From positions 30,256,001-30,320,000 of the forward strand of contig OZ024743.1 in assembly GCA_964016885.1 (NCBI GenBank): a DNA stretch of 64,000 nucleotides, given 5' to 3'. Of the stretch, positions 1-13,524 are shown piece by piece; positions within the stretch are counted from its first letter, which is position 1, and every line of letters begins with the position of its first letter. The translations under genes and the position numbers were made by a program. This stretch comes from Eledone cirrhosa (lineage: Eukaryota). Under the pieces are notes generated by a model, which had not been told where the DNA came from, ran no database searches, and worked only from the letters and a program-made list of their open reading frames with translations.

Positions 1-144
1 TAGCAAATTAAATTGTACTTATTTTCGTTATACTTGCAGTCCTATTAAACCAACTAACATACACCAATACACTCCCTACCTCCAAACAACCACACAACCC
101 CACACTCACAATCACTCACACACACACACACATACACACACATA

Positions 145-221
<77 letters not shown>

Positions 222-434
222 TTATTTATTAAAATAACAGATTAAAGTTTAAGCAAAGAATCGGTGCTTTCACCCTTAACGGGATCATCTGAAACTGAAA
301 AAGTCAATCTGTGAACGCAGAACTAATTGCTCTACAGTTCTTATATATCTGATATATATTTATCCTTATCGAGCCCTATTTGGATTTTAGTTTTCAAATT
401 TATTATTATTACTATATATATATATATATATACG

Positions 435-560
435 ATATTAATAAATGGAAACTATATTTATAAAGCCATATTTATTTCATTATACATATTTCAGGGATAC
501 CAAATTAAATTATGGTATCCCTTCATCAGACAAAATACAATATATAACAGTTTTACAAAT
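435..560 (-). mobile_element. Naiad-type PLE pLTR stub
   Basis: AATAAATGGAAACTATATTTATAAA.CCATATTTATTTCATTATA..TATTTC matches the pLTR at 10260-10380. Abuts (TA)n. Confidence 0.8.
475..535 (-). ncRNA. Minimal type I hammerhead ribozyme
   Basis: Minus strand: UUUUGU CUGAUGA AGGGAUACC-loop-GGUAUCCCU GAAA UAUGUA UA AUGAAA. Intact core and 9-bp helix II. Confidence 0.85.
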
Positions 561-710
561 AAGCTTTGACGTACCCTATTAAAATGCAACCATTGTTTTT
601 GGAAGTCATTATTTTGGAAGCGAAAAGCGAAAACCAACCAAACAGTGAGTGTGTTCTGTTATTAATGCTGGCAATATTACACAAATATGACCCTCCCCAA
701 GTATAACAAT

Positions 711-3700
711 ATTTTTTTCGACACACGATTTCATATAAAAAACCTAGCAAAACTAATTCATCGCCGTTATGGCATTAGCTAGTGCCAAGCTGAAAGGTTA
801 TTGAAAGACGCTGTTTTCTGTTATATAAAAACTACAATAACAACATAACAAATCCGTTTCTTAAAACACTGTGTTTCCTCCAAAATATACACAACAAACA
901 TATCAAAACAAGTAAATAATTTATTATTGAACAAAGCACAAGCTGAACGACTAAAACACACAATAACAGTTAATATGAAAAGAACAACATACAGAAAAGT
1001 CAACGAACTTCTACAGACAGAAACGCATTAACGGTAAGGAAGTCCAAAATCTCACCACACCAAACGAAAGGAATGACTTCATGAGCGTCATCCGACGTGA
1101 AACGAAATACGCCCGAAACGAATGCAATAGGCATTTCAATAAGAAATTAGAATGGATGAATAAGAAAAAACTACAAGAAAGGGAAATAGAATATTCTCAA
1201 AAATACCCAGATAACATCAACAATATCCGTATGACTGATGTAAAACTACCGGAAGAATTTACCAATGACCACACAGTAAATATTTATGGGAACACTTTAA
1301 TCAGTGAACAAGAACAACATATCCTGCAACTACCACCAAAATTTGCCATCTACAAAAAGATTAACCCTATTGAGTGCAAAACGGAGCTGGAAAAGTGTTT
1401 CACAAAAATACGTTGGAATGCAAAAGTAAACAACAACAACAACAATAATAACGGTAGTAGTAATATAAACAATAACTCTGAGTATAGAAATAACAGCCAT
1501 AACAATAACAATAGCAGGAGAGTGAGAAATAGTAATAATGGTAATAATACTAACGATAGACAGAACAACAACAACAACCACAATAATAATAATAATAATA
1601 GAAACATTAACCACAGACATAGCAGATGCGACCACAGTAGTAATAACGGTAACAATACGAACAACAACAACAACAACAACCACAGTGGAAATAATGGAAA
1701 TAATACATGTAGCAACATTAATGATAGACACAACAAAAACAAGAAACATGATAAAAGTAACAACCACAATGGTATAAATAACAGTAACAACAACAATAAC
1801 GGTGAAGTAAACAACAATCACAGCAGCAACAATACATCTAGCAATCATAACAATAATAATAATGCTAATTATAGGAACAACAACAACCACCATAATAACA
1901 ATAATAGCAACACACACAACTATGACGATAGATATAATGACAACCCCTTAGAGAAACTATTTTTCAACCCAGCTGACAAAACATATAAGCTGGGAAATAT
2001 CTATCCTACGAGGTTACCCTTTAATAAAAGAGTTTGCATACCACAACAAATATATGACGAGACAGAGGCACAGTTCACCATAGCTAGAAATAAGGTTAGT
2101 CAAATAGTAGACCGGTATACTAAGAGACAGAGGAGATCAGAGGCTCAACAACTTGGGAGGAAACCTGTAGAAGGATTGGTTAGCCTCAAGCAGCGCACAA
2201 GGGATGGTGAGTAAGTATGTCTACCCACGGATAAGTCGGGTAGGATGTCAATAGAAAGAATGCCGAACTACCTCAAGGCTATGCAACCCCACATCACCAA
2301 CACGAGCGAAATTGTACAGCAAACACATGATGAGAGAGAGAAAATCCTCAACGCTCATGATGATGTGAACTGACATCTTAAAGCCAAGCAGACGCACAGC
2401 CAACAACTTCCAGGTGTCTAACAATGGCATACTACCCTTGTATGAGCTCCGCAAAGACCACAAGACAGTCGACGACCCGACAGCAGGACCACCAATAAGA
2501 CACGTATGCGGAGCTAATATAGCTAGCAACTACAGGATCTCCTTCTTCCTCTGAATGGTTATACGCCACATAATCAAGATGTCCCCAGATGTATGTGACA
2601 GTACAGAGGACCTCCTCAGCAGAATCAGTGAGTGCAACAACAACAAAAACAGGAACCAATCCAACTGCATAATAGGCAGCATGGATGTGGTATCACTGTA
2701 CCCATCCATTAAAATTGATTTTGCTGTGGAAAAATGTGTGGAGATGATCATTGAGAGTGAAGTGGGGTTCTGCGACGGCGACACAGACGAACTGGGCTTC
2801 CTACTTAGACTTACCTACGACACTGACTACCTAGACAGACATGACCTGAGACGTTTCTGCCCTAGTAGACCCATAAGAGGAAGACCCCCTACCATGACCT
2901 CCATGGCAAAAAAGACTCCCATGGGAAGGTGGAATGGGTGGACCAAAGCTATACGGACCCCCAAAACAATGATCAGGTAAGAAAAATGGTCGCACATGCA
3001 ATAGGGGCTAGTATCAAAACTACCCTAAAGGGCCACATATTCAAGTTCAACGAGAAGATCTACACCCAAAATGAGGGAGCAGCAATTGGCCTCAGTATAG
3101 CTGGTGATGTTGCCAACCTTTTCATGGTATGGTGGGAAAGGAGACTTAAAGATCTCCTTAATGAGAGCTCCATAGACATCATCATGTACTCTCGTTACGT
3201 AGACGATATCAATATAGTTATAAGAACATCCCCACTAGAGAGCACTAACAAGTTTGATTTAGAACGTAGCACAATGGAAAGCATCCAGGAGATAGCTAAT
3301 TTCATACACCAGAGTATAACTGTAACTATCGACTACCCTTCCAAACACCCTAACAATAGACTACCTGTATTAGACACGGAACTCTGGATTAACACTATAG
3401 ACATCGGGCCCAAATTCTCCACTCACACTATACTAAACCCATGGCCTCCAAATACCTGATACTCAAAAACACAGCAATGTCCAGTAATGCTAAGTTTAAT
3501 ATTCTGATCGCAGATTTGGTACGAGTGATGAAGAATGTGTCCAGCATGTGCGACCCAACAGAAATGGAAGGACACATCCAACACTTCATCAACCGCATGC
3601 AGTTCTCTGGCTACAACCAAAGAGACAGAGTCAGAGTATACGAAGTAGCCATGGAAAAGTATAAGACCCTCATAGAACTGGACATGAAAGGAATTTGCCC

Positions 3701-4350
3701 CTTATACAGGAGCAAATCCTGGAATAGCTTAGATAGGGCTAGACATAAGATAGGGAAAGCCAGCTCATGGTACAACAACCAAAGATACCAGAGTGTCATG
3801 TTTGTGGATGCTACCCCTGGAGGGAAATTAGCTAACCAGTGTAGATAGGCCCTGAGAAAGACCCACTTAACGATTAAGGTGGTAGAAAAGCCATGAACCA
3901 CCATAAAATCCCTGATCAGCAAAACCTACCCTTTTATGAAAACCCACCGTACTAATAGGAAGTGTATCATATGTAAGGTAAACCCCCGGATAAACTGTAA
4001 AACTAGAAACGTAGTCTATAGCATAAGATGTACAGAGGGTACTTGCAGAAACATGACAACAACATACATAGGCGAAACAGCTCGTAGCATAGGTGAAAGG
4101 ATAGACCAACACTGGGGGGAACTAAAAGGACGAAAAAACGGGTGAGTACTATACGAACATGCCAGACAACAACCCGACGGTAACATAGACAACATAGAAA
4201 TTAGAATAATATCTAAACATAGAAATGACCCAGCAGATAGGCAAATCAGAGAGGCCAGTGAAATAGAACTTAGAAGGCCAAGACTAAACAGAAAGAATGA
4301 ATGGAATAACAACAACACCCAAACAAACAACACTAACCTCAGAGAAGTAT
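711..4350 (+). pseudogene. Disrupted PLE polyprotein (N-terminal domain, Asn-rich insert, reverse transcriptase, GIY-YIG endonuclease)
   Basis: Consecutive ORF pieces give LQLPPKFA, PTDKSGR, SMDVVSLYPSI, EGAAIGLSIAGDVANLFM, YSRYVDD, LPVLDTELW and CIIC..NCKTRNVVYSIRC..YIGETARSIGERIDQH. Several stops and frameshifts. Confidence 0.9.
1430..1945 (+). repeat. (AAC/AAT)n low-complexity tract inside the PLE ORF
   Basis: Imperfect AAC/AAT repeats translating to an Asn-rich segment. Confidence 0.95.
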
Positions 4351-4617
4351 AAATAAATAGATAAATAAATAAATAAATAAATACATACACAAGCACAATA
4401 ACAACAAACACATATAAACACACAGTAGTAAACTTAGAACATATTAACCAATACACAGTCACCCAATCACGAACACACATCAAACAAAACACTATACGCA
4501 CACGCAAACGCATGCGTAAAGAAGACAAAATAAAGTAAACAAACAAACAAATAAATAAATAAATATATAAGAGACTAAATAAAGATGGCGTAGAAATACA
4601 ATGCAACGGGAGGAATC

Positions 4618-4672
4618 TATAGCACCACTGTCGATGTTGCAGATGTGCAACGAAAGAACTTTGATAAACTAT
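4618..4672 (+). ncRNA. Degenerate hammerhead-like motif in the PLE 3' pLTR
   Basis: CUGUCGA U GUUGCA GAUG UGCAAC GAAA. Helix II is intact, but the core has an A>U change and the cleavage triplet is non-canonical. Confidence 0.5.
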
Positions 4673-4866
4673 ATATATGTGTTTGTGTCTATATTGTATC
4701 TGTATTATTTTTGACCGTTGGTCAGTCAATGGCAACATTGAGGACCGCATAAATTTGATTACCGACATAAAAGACACAGAAACGAAAAGCGAAAACCAAC
4801 CAAACAGTGATTGTGTTCTGTTATTAATGCTGGCAATATTACACAAATATGACCCTCCCCAAGTAT

Positions 4867-5146
<280 letters not shown>

Positions 5147-5638
5147 ACCCGCGTGTATATTATTTTACTTTCTTATGTTTCGCGATGACCTCCCCTTTTC
5201 GCTTGATGACAGTGTGAGATTTCTCATTCTGAGACTGCTGGAATTTCAAATTTGGCGGTCATTCTCACACAGATAGAGACTATCGCTAACATTGGATTGG
5301 ACATCGGTAAGATGGTTTTTATTATATCGATGTTTGACGGGTATCCACTGATGATTTATAAATGGCCACCTGCATATGTTCCTACGGAATGGGTGCAAGC
5401 TTCTACATAACCTGGACACATTTTCCCAACTTGTAGAAAACTTATAATGAAACAATTGTTTGGAAAGGGAGATATATTTTAATTATGTCTCATATAAAAT
5501 AATACAAATGGCTTTCCGCAAAATACATATAGTTAGCACCCCAAGCGTAAAATTGGGATTATACTAAGGTATATCCTAATGTTTGTTGAGTGAGATGGAA
5601 GCCAGCCAGAGTATAGCTTAAGACTTTCTCTGTTAATG

Positions 5639-5756
<118 letters not shown>

Positions 5757-6044
5757 ATATATATTTGTATATATATATATATATATACGAAAGGAAAAAT
5801 AAATAGCTGCTCCATAAAAATATATATATATATATTTGTACTCTCAGAAGAACCAACTATCACCTATTTTCCAGAATTCTGATAAATATCGCAGTAATAT
5901 ATTCAGCGTATTACTTAAATATTAGTGTTGAGGGGCATTAATTTCATGATATACTCATGGATAGGGCTGTTGTATTCTGATTGAATAATGTCAAAATAAT
6001 GCCTAACGAACGAAGTTAGACATTAATTATTTCAACAAATGAGG

Positions 6045-6081
<37 letters not shown>

Positions 6082-6144
6082 TAGATATAACTATGTAGAT
6101 AATATAACTAAGTACAATTAAGCCGTACACTATGTACAATTAAG

Positions 6145-6486
6145 CCGTTAATATGTATAAAGAAAGTATATTCTTTCAAACGTTCAACCGACTGACAGTG
6201 AGGTATACGGTGCTGATGACAGCTAATATGTTGAACAAAAGGGCAACGATGGTTGTAGAACACTGTATGGCTTAATTCGGGCTGTTTGTTTTCAAACAAA
6301 ACGAACATTATAATAAATGTTCGGTAAACACACGTACATTTATATATATATATGTGCATGTATGTATGTATATACATACTACTGTACGTCTGAATACATA
6401 TATGTATGTACGTATACAACATACTTATATTTAAGTATCAGCCGTACTAAGAGCGAGAAATTTCATTTTTCCATTTCCATATATAT

Positions 6487-6560
<74 letters not shown>

Positions 6561-7415
6561 GGAAAAAATGTAACGAAATTTTAATTCCCACTCTTAATAC
6601 GGCTGTTACTTAAATATAAATATGTACACGTACATACATATATGTATACAGACGTACAGTTATATGTATATATATATACATACATGCACACATATATATA
6701 TATGTATGTGTGGATTCACCGAACATTTATTATAATGCTTAGTGAGTTTGTAAACAAACATCCCGTATTAAGCCGTAGTGTCCAGCAACCATCGTTGCTC
6801 GTTTGTTCAACACTGAAAAAGGAACGCTGTACTAGTTTCAAGCTTATTAGCTATCGTCAGCAACGTATACCTTCCTGCCAGATTGTTGAATGTATATACT
6901 TACCTTATGCATATTAACGGCTGAGTAGCCCAATTTGTTTATCGAGTGGGTTAATCGGCCGGGTGCACCGAAAACGATAAACGGAAAAAATGAAACGAAA
7001 TTTCATATCCCACTCTTAGTACGGCTGTTACTTAAATATAAGTATGTACACGTACATACATATATGTATACAGACGTACAGTAGTATGTATATATATATA
7101 TACATACATACACCCATATATATATATATGTACGTATGGATTCACCGAACATTTATTATAATGCTCGGTGTGTTTGTAAACAAACATCCCGTATTAAGCC
7201 GTAGTGTCCAGCAACCATCGTTGCTCCTTTGTTCAACACTGACAAAGGAACGTCGTACTAGTTTCAAGCTTATTAGCTATCGTCAGCAACGTATACCTTC
7301 CTGCCAGATTGTTGAACGTATATACTTACCTTATGCATATTAACGGTACATATATATATGTGTGCATGTATGTATATATATATAAATACTACTGTACGTC
7401 TGTATACATATATGT
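6145..7415. repeat. Cluster of a ~365-bp repeat unit (one inverted copy, two direct copies, one inverted fragment)
   Basis: 6557-6920 and 6978-7347 are near-identical direct copies. 6145-6475 is a diverged reverse complement, and 7348-7415 is an inverted fragment. Confidence 0.9.
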
Positions 7416-8429
7416 ATTGAAGCATTTGAAGTTTGAAATATGTTTGTCTCAAGGCATATGACCATGATAATATTCAATCATCATAAAAGATAACAGAGCA
7501 ATTCGGAGATATTACACTGGAAGATAGAAACATTGGGCTGAGTCACTTGCAAGATAATAAAACCCACACCATTCGTAGGTGACTACCAATATGCTCATGT
7601 GCTTTGTGACGTTACAAATTTCAAACTTTCCTAATTCTTTTAAAACCAACTCTGCTTCATTTACGCTTCAGGCTTATCAGTTTTTAACAGTGCGAAATTC
7701 CTGATACCTGACTCTTTTCCGTAATGTTTAATGCCCCTCGGTAAGCATCATACAGATGCTCTGTTATGTTCTTCGTAGGCGCATCTGTCCATTTCTTTCC
7801 GTTTATTGGGTGTCAGATTTGTTCAACTATTATTAGAATTAGTCGTCAATTATTATTCCCCAATTTATTTGGCTACACCTATTAAAAATTCACATACTCC
7901 CAATGTTTAAAATGAAGATAGTGTTTTGTTTACTCTTTATAGTATTCAACGTCAATAAATTTGTTATAGAGATGATCGCTGGAACATTTGAATGACAATG
8001 AGGAGTATAGTTTTCCTGGTGGTGTAATATGAATCGGTATTATTGTAGAAGTATTCATTTTGCTGGGATTAATTTGCTATATGTTTGTTTCGTTTATGTC
8101 ATTGGTTCGCTCCTGTGTATTGTTAGGTTTAGCATATGCATTCCCGCGGAATTCAACAGTCATGTATAGAAATACCCTAAACTCTAATATCGAAAGGGAG
8201 ATAGCTGAATAAGAATTCTAATTTACTTTTCTTGTTTTTGCTTTCTGTTTGATGCTACATTGTGTGTGTGTGTGTGTGTGCTTATATCTGTTTACACTAA
8301 GTATTCTGCCATTTAGGTACACATCTTTCTTTAGCAAAATATTCATACAATTCTGAGTCAGGCACCAAGTCACACTATACTAACATCAGTTTGTAATCGA
8401 TGTGCTCTGAACTTTCGGGTGTGAAAGCG

Positions 8430-9000
8430 TTATAAAAGGAAGAGATTAGGGGATAAATGTGGTGAGCGAAAGAGATTAGTTTTTTGAAAATCCTTTAATC
8501 TGACAAATGCAGATACCAAAGTTCTTAAGGATAAATTGACAGGAACCGAATGAAGACTTTTTCACGAAACCTCCATCTGATGGAAAAATTAGTGGCCAAC
8601 CGTTTTAAGCTTTCACACATGGCTTGCAAGTCTAATCTTTGCTCTTTTATCCTGATTTTAATGTTTACTCTCTGTCTAAGATGAATGCTTCGTAATTTGT
8701 TGGTGATTTAGTTTTTCTTTTTCATTCTTGGCACACTGTCTGTTATAATCCAATAGTATGTGTGGCCAACAGGGAAATATTTATCAATAAAGGTTAAGAT
8801 TTTCTTTCCTGCGTTGTTAAGCACATTTAGGAAGAAGTGGCCTCAGGACCATGTTAATTTTTTTTTTAGAATCATTATTCTTATTTCCAATTGTGGCTGT
8901 TAATGAGGGGTGTAATAAATTTTATCTATAAATTCACTGTTGACCAGGGCTTATTATAGTTTAGGGCCGTTCCATCGATGAGGTCTTCAGAAGATAGAAG
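8430..9000 (-). mobile_element. Old Naiad-type PLE coding remnant
   Basis: Minus-strand translation through frameshifts gives ...LNVLNNAGKKI..LIDKYFPVGHTYY... and RLASHV*KLK..NFSIRW, collinear with the 10957-11619 protein. Confidence 0.65.
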
Positions 9001-9132
9001 ATAATTTAAAGATTCTCTTACTTATGTTGGAGGTATATATATATTTATATATATATCGAAGGAAGTGTGGTAAGGAACCAGGTGAACCATAACGCACCAG
9101 AGTATTCGATAGTTTGTGAGTAGAGTGGGTAA

Positions 9133-9268
9133 TAGGATAAGGTTCAGACCGCAGACGGCAGAGCTCAAGCCGTTTCGACGGCTATTTCTGGACTCTCGAC
9201 GGCTAGTCCAGAAATAGCCGTCGAAACGGCTTGAGCTCTGCCGTCGGGGTCCTGAACCTTGTCCTATT
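9133..9268. repeat. Near-perfect palindrome (fold-back), probable PLE pLTR stub
   Basis: GACGGCAGAGCTCAAGCCGTTTCGACGGCTATTTCTGGACT and its exact reverse complement surround a ~10-nt spacer. Outer arms are imperfect, and (TA)n lies nearby on both sides. Confidence 0.9.
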
Positions 9269-10029
9269 TATATATATATATATAATATATGTAACGAAGA
9301 TCGCTGCTATAAATTCAAGGTCTTCCGGCCAGCGTCTAGATCACTCAATGAATCTGGCGAATTGCAGTAATGCAGCTGCAATCACTGTTAACAGTGCACA
9401 CATTTAGTTCATAGCAGATACGTTGGCTGTGTTTCGGTAGAGATACAAGTAAACATATCATGTCCTGCATGATGTCGTTTCTATGTAATATAACTTCGCA
9501 AATGAAATTATTACGTCTGCAATGTTCAGAGAATCACGCAAAATCCATCGCTATTTACCTCATCGTCTATGTCTTCAGCATGTTGTGCAATTCATAGGAT
9601 AGGTCCGTACAATATGAGTTATGCAGCACTACTAGATAAGCTATTTAGTATTTCGCGGCATTCCCTCACTCAGCCTCTAATAAAAAGAAGATTCTATCGC
9701 AGAATAAATCACGTGGTTTGCTGGTTGAATTCAAACGAAGGTTTTCGCTCCAAAACAAATCACTCAACATGCTTCTAGTGTATGCCCATACATACATAAC
9801 TAGGTTCATGCATATATACATACATATATACATATATTTATATATACAAGCACATATAATCTGATTTGTGATACAAAGCCGAACATTCAATACTCAAAAT
9901 GTAATATTAGGAAACATAAACATTGAAATGTCTAATCATACACACGTGTTTAGCTTCAGCGCAGATCGGTGTATGTCTGTGTGTGTTCTTGTGTGCATAC
10001 ATATATGTCTTTATATATATATATGTATG

Positions 10030-10160
<131 letters not shown>

Positions 10161-10212
10161 GTGTGTGTGTGTGTATGTATGTCTGTGTTCTTGTGTGCAT
10201 ACATATATATAT

Positions 10213-10257
<45 letters not shown>

Positions 10258-10296
10258 ATTAAATAAATGGAAACTATATTTATAAAACCATATTTA

Positions 10297-10358
10297 TTTC
10301 ATTATATATATTTCGGGGATATCATATTAACAATATCCTATGCCTTCCTCAGACAAAA
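10297..10358 (-). ncRNA. Type I hammerhead motif in inverted pLTR
   Basis: CUGAGGA ... GAAA UAUAUA UA with helix I UUUUGU/AUGAAA. Helix II is imperfect. Confidence 0.7.
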
Positions 10359-10934
10359 TACAATATAAACAGTTTTATAGATAAATAGATTCGACATACC
10401 GTAACAACACCAACTTGCATTTGAAGAGGTTGAACTGGCAGTGAAAAAATTTTACACAGAGAGAAAGAAAGAGAAAAAAGAAAGAAAGACAGAAAACGAA
10501 GAAAAGGAAGAAAAAGAAGAAATGCATGGAACAAAATAGAGAGATGGAAAGATAGATAAAGAGAAGAACTTCATGTAAAGAAACAGAAAGAGATATATAT
10601 ATATAGAGAGAGAGAGGAAATAGAGATAGATATACATATATATATATATAGAAAATTAGGTAGTGGGAGGTCAGTTGAGTAAATGTATCAATGATACATT
10701 TATTTATTATTTATTTATTTAGCTCTAGTATTAATGTAAGGGAGGTATATATATAGAGAAAAAAATATAGAGAGAAAAAATAGCGAGAGAAAAGATTTAA
10801 AGCAGGATATGCTGATAAGATTGTGTACATAGATAATGATAGACAAACTAAACAAAGTAACAACTTTTTTAATTACGGCAACAACTTTAACAACTATAAT
10901 AGAAAGCATTACAATAATTCCAAAGGCCAAAAAA

Positions 10935-11619
10935 GAAATAGAACTAGGAACATAATTTGGTTTCCCCCCCCCCTTTCTCTCTAAACATTAAAACCCACAT
11001 CGCTAAACTATTTTTCAAAGCTCTTGATAATCGCTTCCCTAGAACACATAGGTATCACTCAATTTTCAATAGGCATACAATTAAATTAACCTACTCATCC
11101 ACCAAAAATTTAGCACAAAATATTAATAGAATAAATAATAGGAACTTAAAACCTAGTGATAATAGCATAAATAATATACAAGTTAACAAATGTAACTGTA
11201 GAGATAGATCTAAATGTCCGTTAAATAACAATTGCTTAGTTAAAAATATAGTATACAATTGTAATGTTAATACTGACTCTAATTCTTTTAACTACGTCGG
11301 TTCCACGTCGATGGAATTTAAACTTCGCTATAATAACCACAAGAATTCTTTCACAGATCCAAGCAAACAATCTTCAACGGCACTATCAGGCGTACTCTGG
11401 CAACTTAAGCTAGATAACGTTAGATATTCGACGGCTTGGAATATAGTCTCAAGAGGGATTCCTTTTAATTCATCCTCTGAGACATGTGACCTCTGCGCAG
11501 AGGAGATATTCTTTATACTAAAATCTAAAAATTCCCTTAATCTACGGATAAATTTATTCAGTTGTTGCAAACATAGATTAAACTCAACGTTTAAATATAA
11601 ATTTAAATTTAAAATGTAG
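10935..11619 (+). pseudogene. PLE C-terminal linker + GIY-YIG endonuclease fragment
   Basis: RNIIWF.PPFSLNIKTHI..FP..H.Y..IFNR..IKLTYSS, CNCR...CPLNNNCL..NIVY, YVGST..FKLRYNNH..SF, TALS..LW.LK, CDLC..E, SCCKH. Confidence 0.9.
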
Positions 11620-12973
11620 TATATTTAGTTTGATTTATATTTATATGGGAAACTAGCCGATAAATCTTTGATTCCTTCTTTTTATTCTTTTTTATTGTTT
11701 ATTTTTATTTTATTTTTATTTAAACATTCCTCATGAAAAATTAAGCTACCCTAAAAGCTGATGCTCCAAATATTTTGAATAAACCTTACACTAGATAAAC
11801 TTCTATATTAAATATAGGAACACATGTAGACCAAATTGGGCATCATAAACTTTTTGAAATGATCTTTGCTAGATGTGATTTGATAGATAATTTTTGGCTT
11901 TGTCTGTTTTTCGACTCTGATGCTTATAATGAACTTGGCAATATATTGTCAATTAATTTTGAAGGGTTGATCTTTGTGGTTTATTTTTATTTTTTATTAT
12001 TGTAGTATTTTCTAATATTTTTTATTTTTATTTTTAATATCTTTAATATGTAATTTTTTTAATATGTAATATTTTTAATATGTAATATTCTTTCGCAATA
12101 TTTTTTTAGTTTTCTATTTTATTATTACTTATTATTATTATTGTTATTTTTTTAGTTTTGTTTCTGATATATATTTTTATTAGTATATTGAAATCTGCTC
12201 TCTATTTCTGCTTGATAGATAATCTTGTAGAGTAAAGACAGGAATAATAATACACATATATGTATACTCAAATTTTTATACCACATTGAGTATGTTTTCC
12301 GTGAACCTAGAGTTTGCAGAGTTGATCATGTGGATTCACATGGATGTTTGTAGCTATCACATAAACATATGAATTTTTTTTTAAAAAACTAAACATAAGA
12401 TAATTAATTTTCACACACTATGGATACTTGTCTCATTCAGGAATACTGATATTTACAATATAGTGGAAGTTTTATAAATACTAATACATTAAAACATAGG
12501 GTTTTTACGCCTCGAATATATCTGGCTATTTTTAAATCTTTTCTCTCGCTATTTTTTTCTCTATATATTTTTTTCTCTCTATATATATCTCCCTTACATT
12601 AATACTAGAGCTAAATAAATAAATAAATAAATAAATGTATCATTGATACATTTACTCAACTGACCTCCCACTACCTAATTTTCTATATATATATATATAT
12701 GTATCTATCTCTATTTCCTCTCTCTCTCTATATATATATCTCTTTCTGTTTCTTTACATGAAGTTCTTCTCTTTATCTATCTTTCCATCTCTCTATTTTG
12801 TTCCATGCATTTCTTCTTTTTCTTCCTTTTCTTCGTTTTCTGTCTTTCTTTCTTTTTTCTCTTTCTTTCTCTCTGTGTAAAATTTTTTCACTGCCAGTTC
12901 AACCTCTTCAAATGCAAGTCGGTGTTGTTACGGTATGTCGAATCTATTTATCTATAAAACTGTTTATATTGTA

Positions 12974-13035
12974 TTTTGTCTGAGGAAGGCATAGCATATT
13001 GTTAATATGATATCCCCGAAATATATATAATGAAA
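12974..13035 (+). ncRNA. Type I hammerhead motif in sense 3' pLTR
   Basis: TTTTGT CTGAGGA AGGCATAGCATATTGTTAATATGATATCCCC GAAA TATATA TA ATGAAA. Helix II is imperfect. Confidence 0.7.
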
Positions 13036-13524
13036 TAAATATGGTTTTATAAATATAGTTTCCATTTATTTAATATTGTAAATATACTCCAAATATTTGT
13101 CGAGTGCTTTTATATCAGTTATAAATATTTACTAGTTGTAACCCAACAATTTTAAATATAACTTTCCATATATATATATATATATATATATGTAATCTGA
13201 GATTTTCGAATATTAATAATAACATTAGATTCTTTTGCAATTACGCAAGCAAGCCGCAATTATGCAATAACAACATTTCACGCCTTTGAATGAAGATGAA
13301 TATAAGTTGTGCATGTATCAATGTATGTTTTACGTATATACACCTATACAATGTGAAAAATTATACCACCTGCACTATTTGTTTGTATAAGGGGAATAAT
13401 TTATAAATTGATAGTTTATTGTCTAGAAATCGGCGAGGCCAGTCCATCACATTTCTTAAAGATTGAATTGATGTATTTTAAAGATTGGGAAAATATTGAT
13501 AAGATCGTTAATATTAGAAGCAGA

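Larger units (their letters stand above)
10252..13167 (+). mobile_element. 5'-truncated Naiad-type PLE with inverted pLTR copy at its 5' end
   Basis: ~550-bp near-perfect inverted repeat 10252-10801 / 12531-13080 flanking a GIY-YIG ORF. (TA)n at both outer ends. Confidence 0.92.

Noticed and set aside
1330-1917. Hydrophobic antisense ORFs (poly-V/I/L)
   Set aside because: Reverse frames of the AAC/AAT tract.
2200-4150. In-frame TGA codons in the first PLE as possible selenocysteines (some Naiad PLEs encode selenoproteins)
   Set aside because: TGAs fall at apparent Trp/Gly/Ser positions and co-occur with TAA/TAG stops and frameshifts. The Naiad fragments here have ordinary Cys codons.
5176-5454. 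Solo LTR candidates (TGTTTC...GAAACA; also 9290-9494 and ~16980-17181)
   Set aside because: No TSD, PBS or PPT could be identified, so support is insufficient.
11728-11768. ATGA...AAA...GA downstream of GIY-YIG as a SECIS element
   Set aside because: No adequate stem after the ATGA and no UGA to recode.
10349-12983. Identical 61-aa ORF on both strands
   Set aside because: Consequence of the inverted pLTR; low-complexity pyrimidine sequence.
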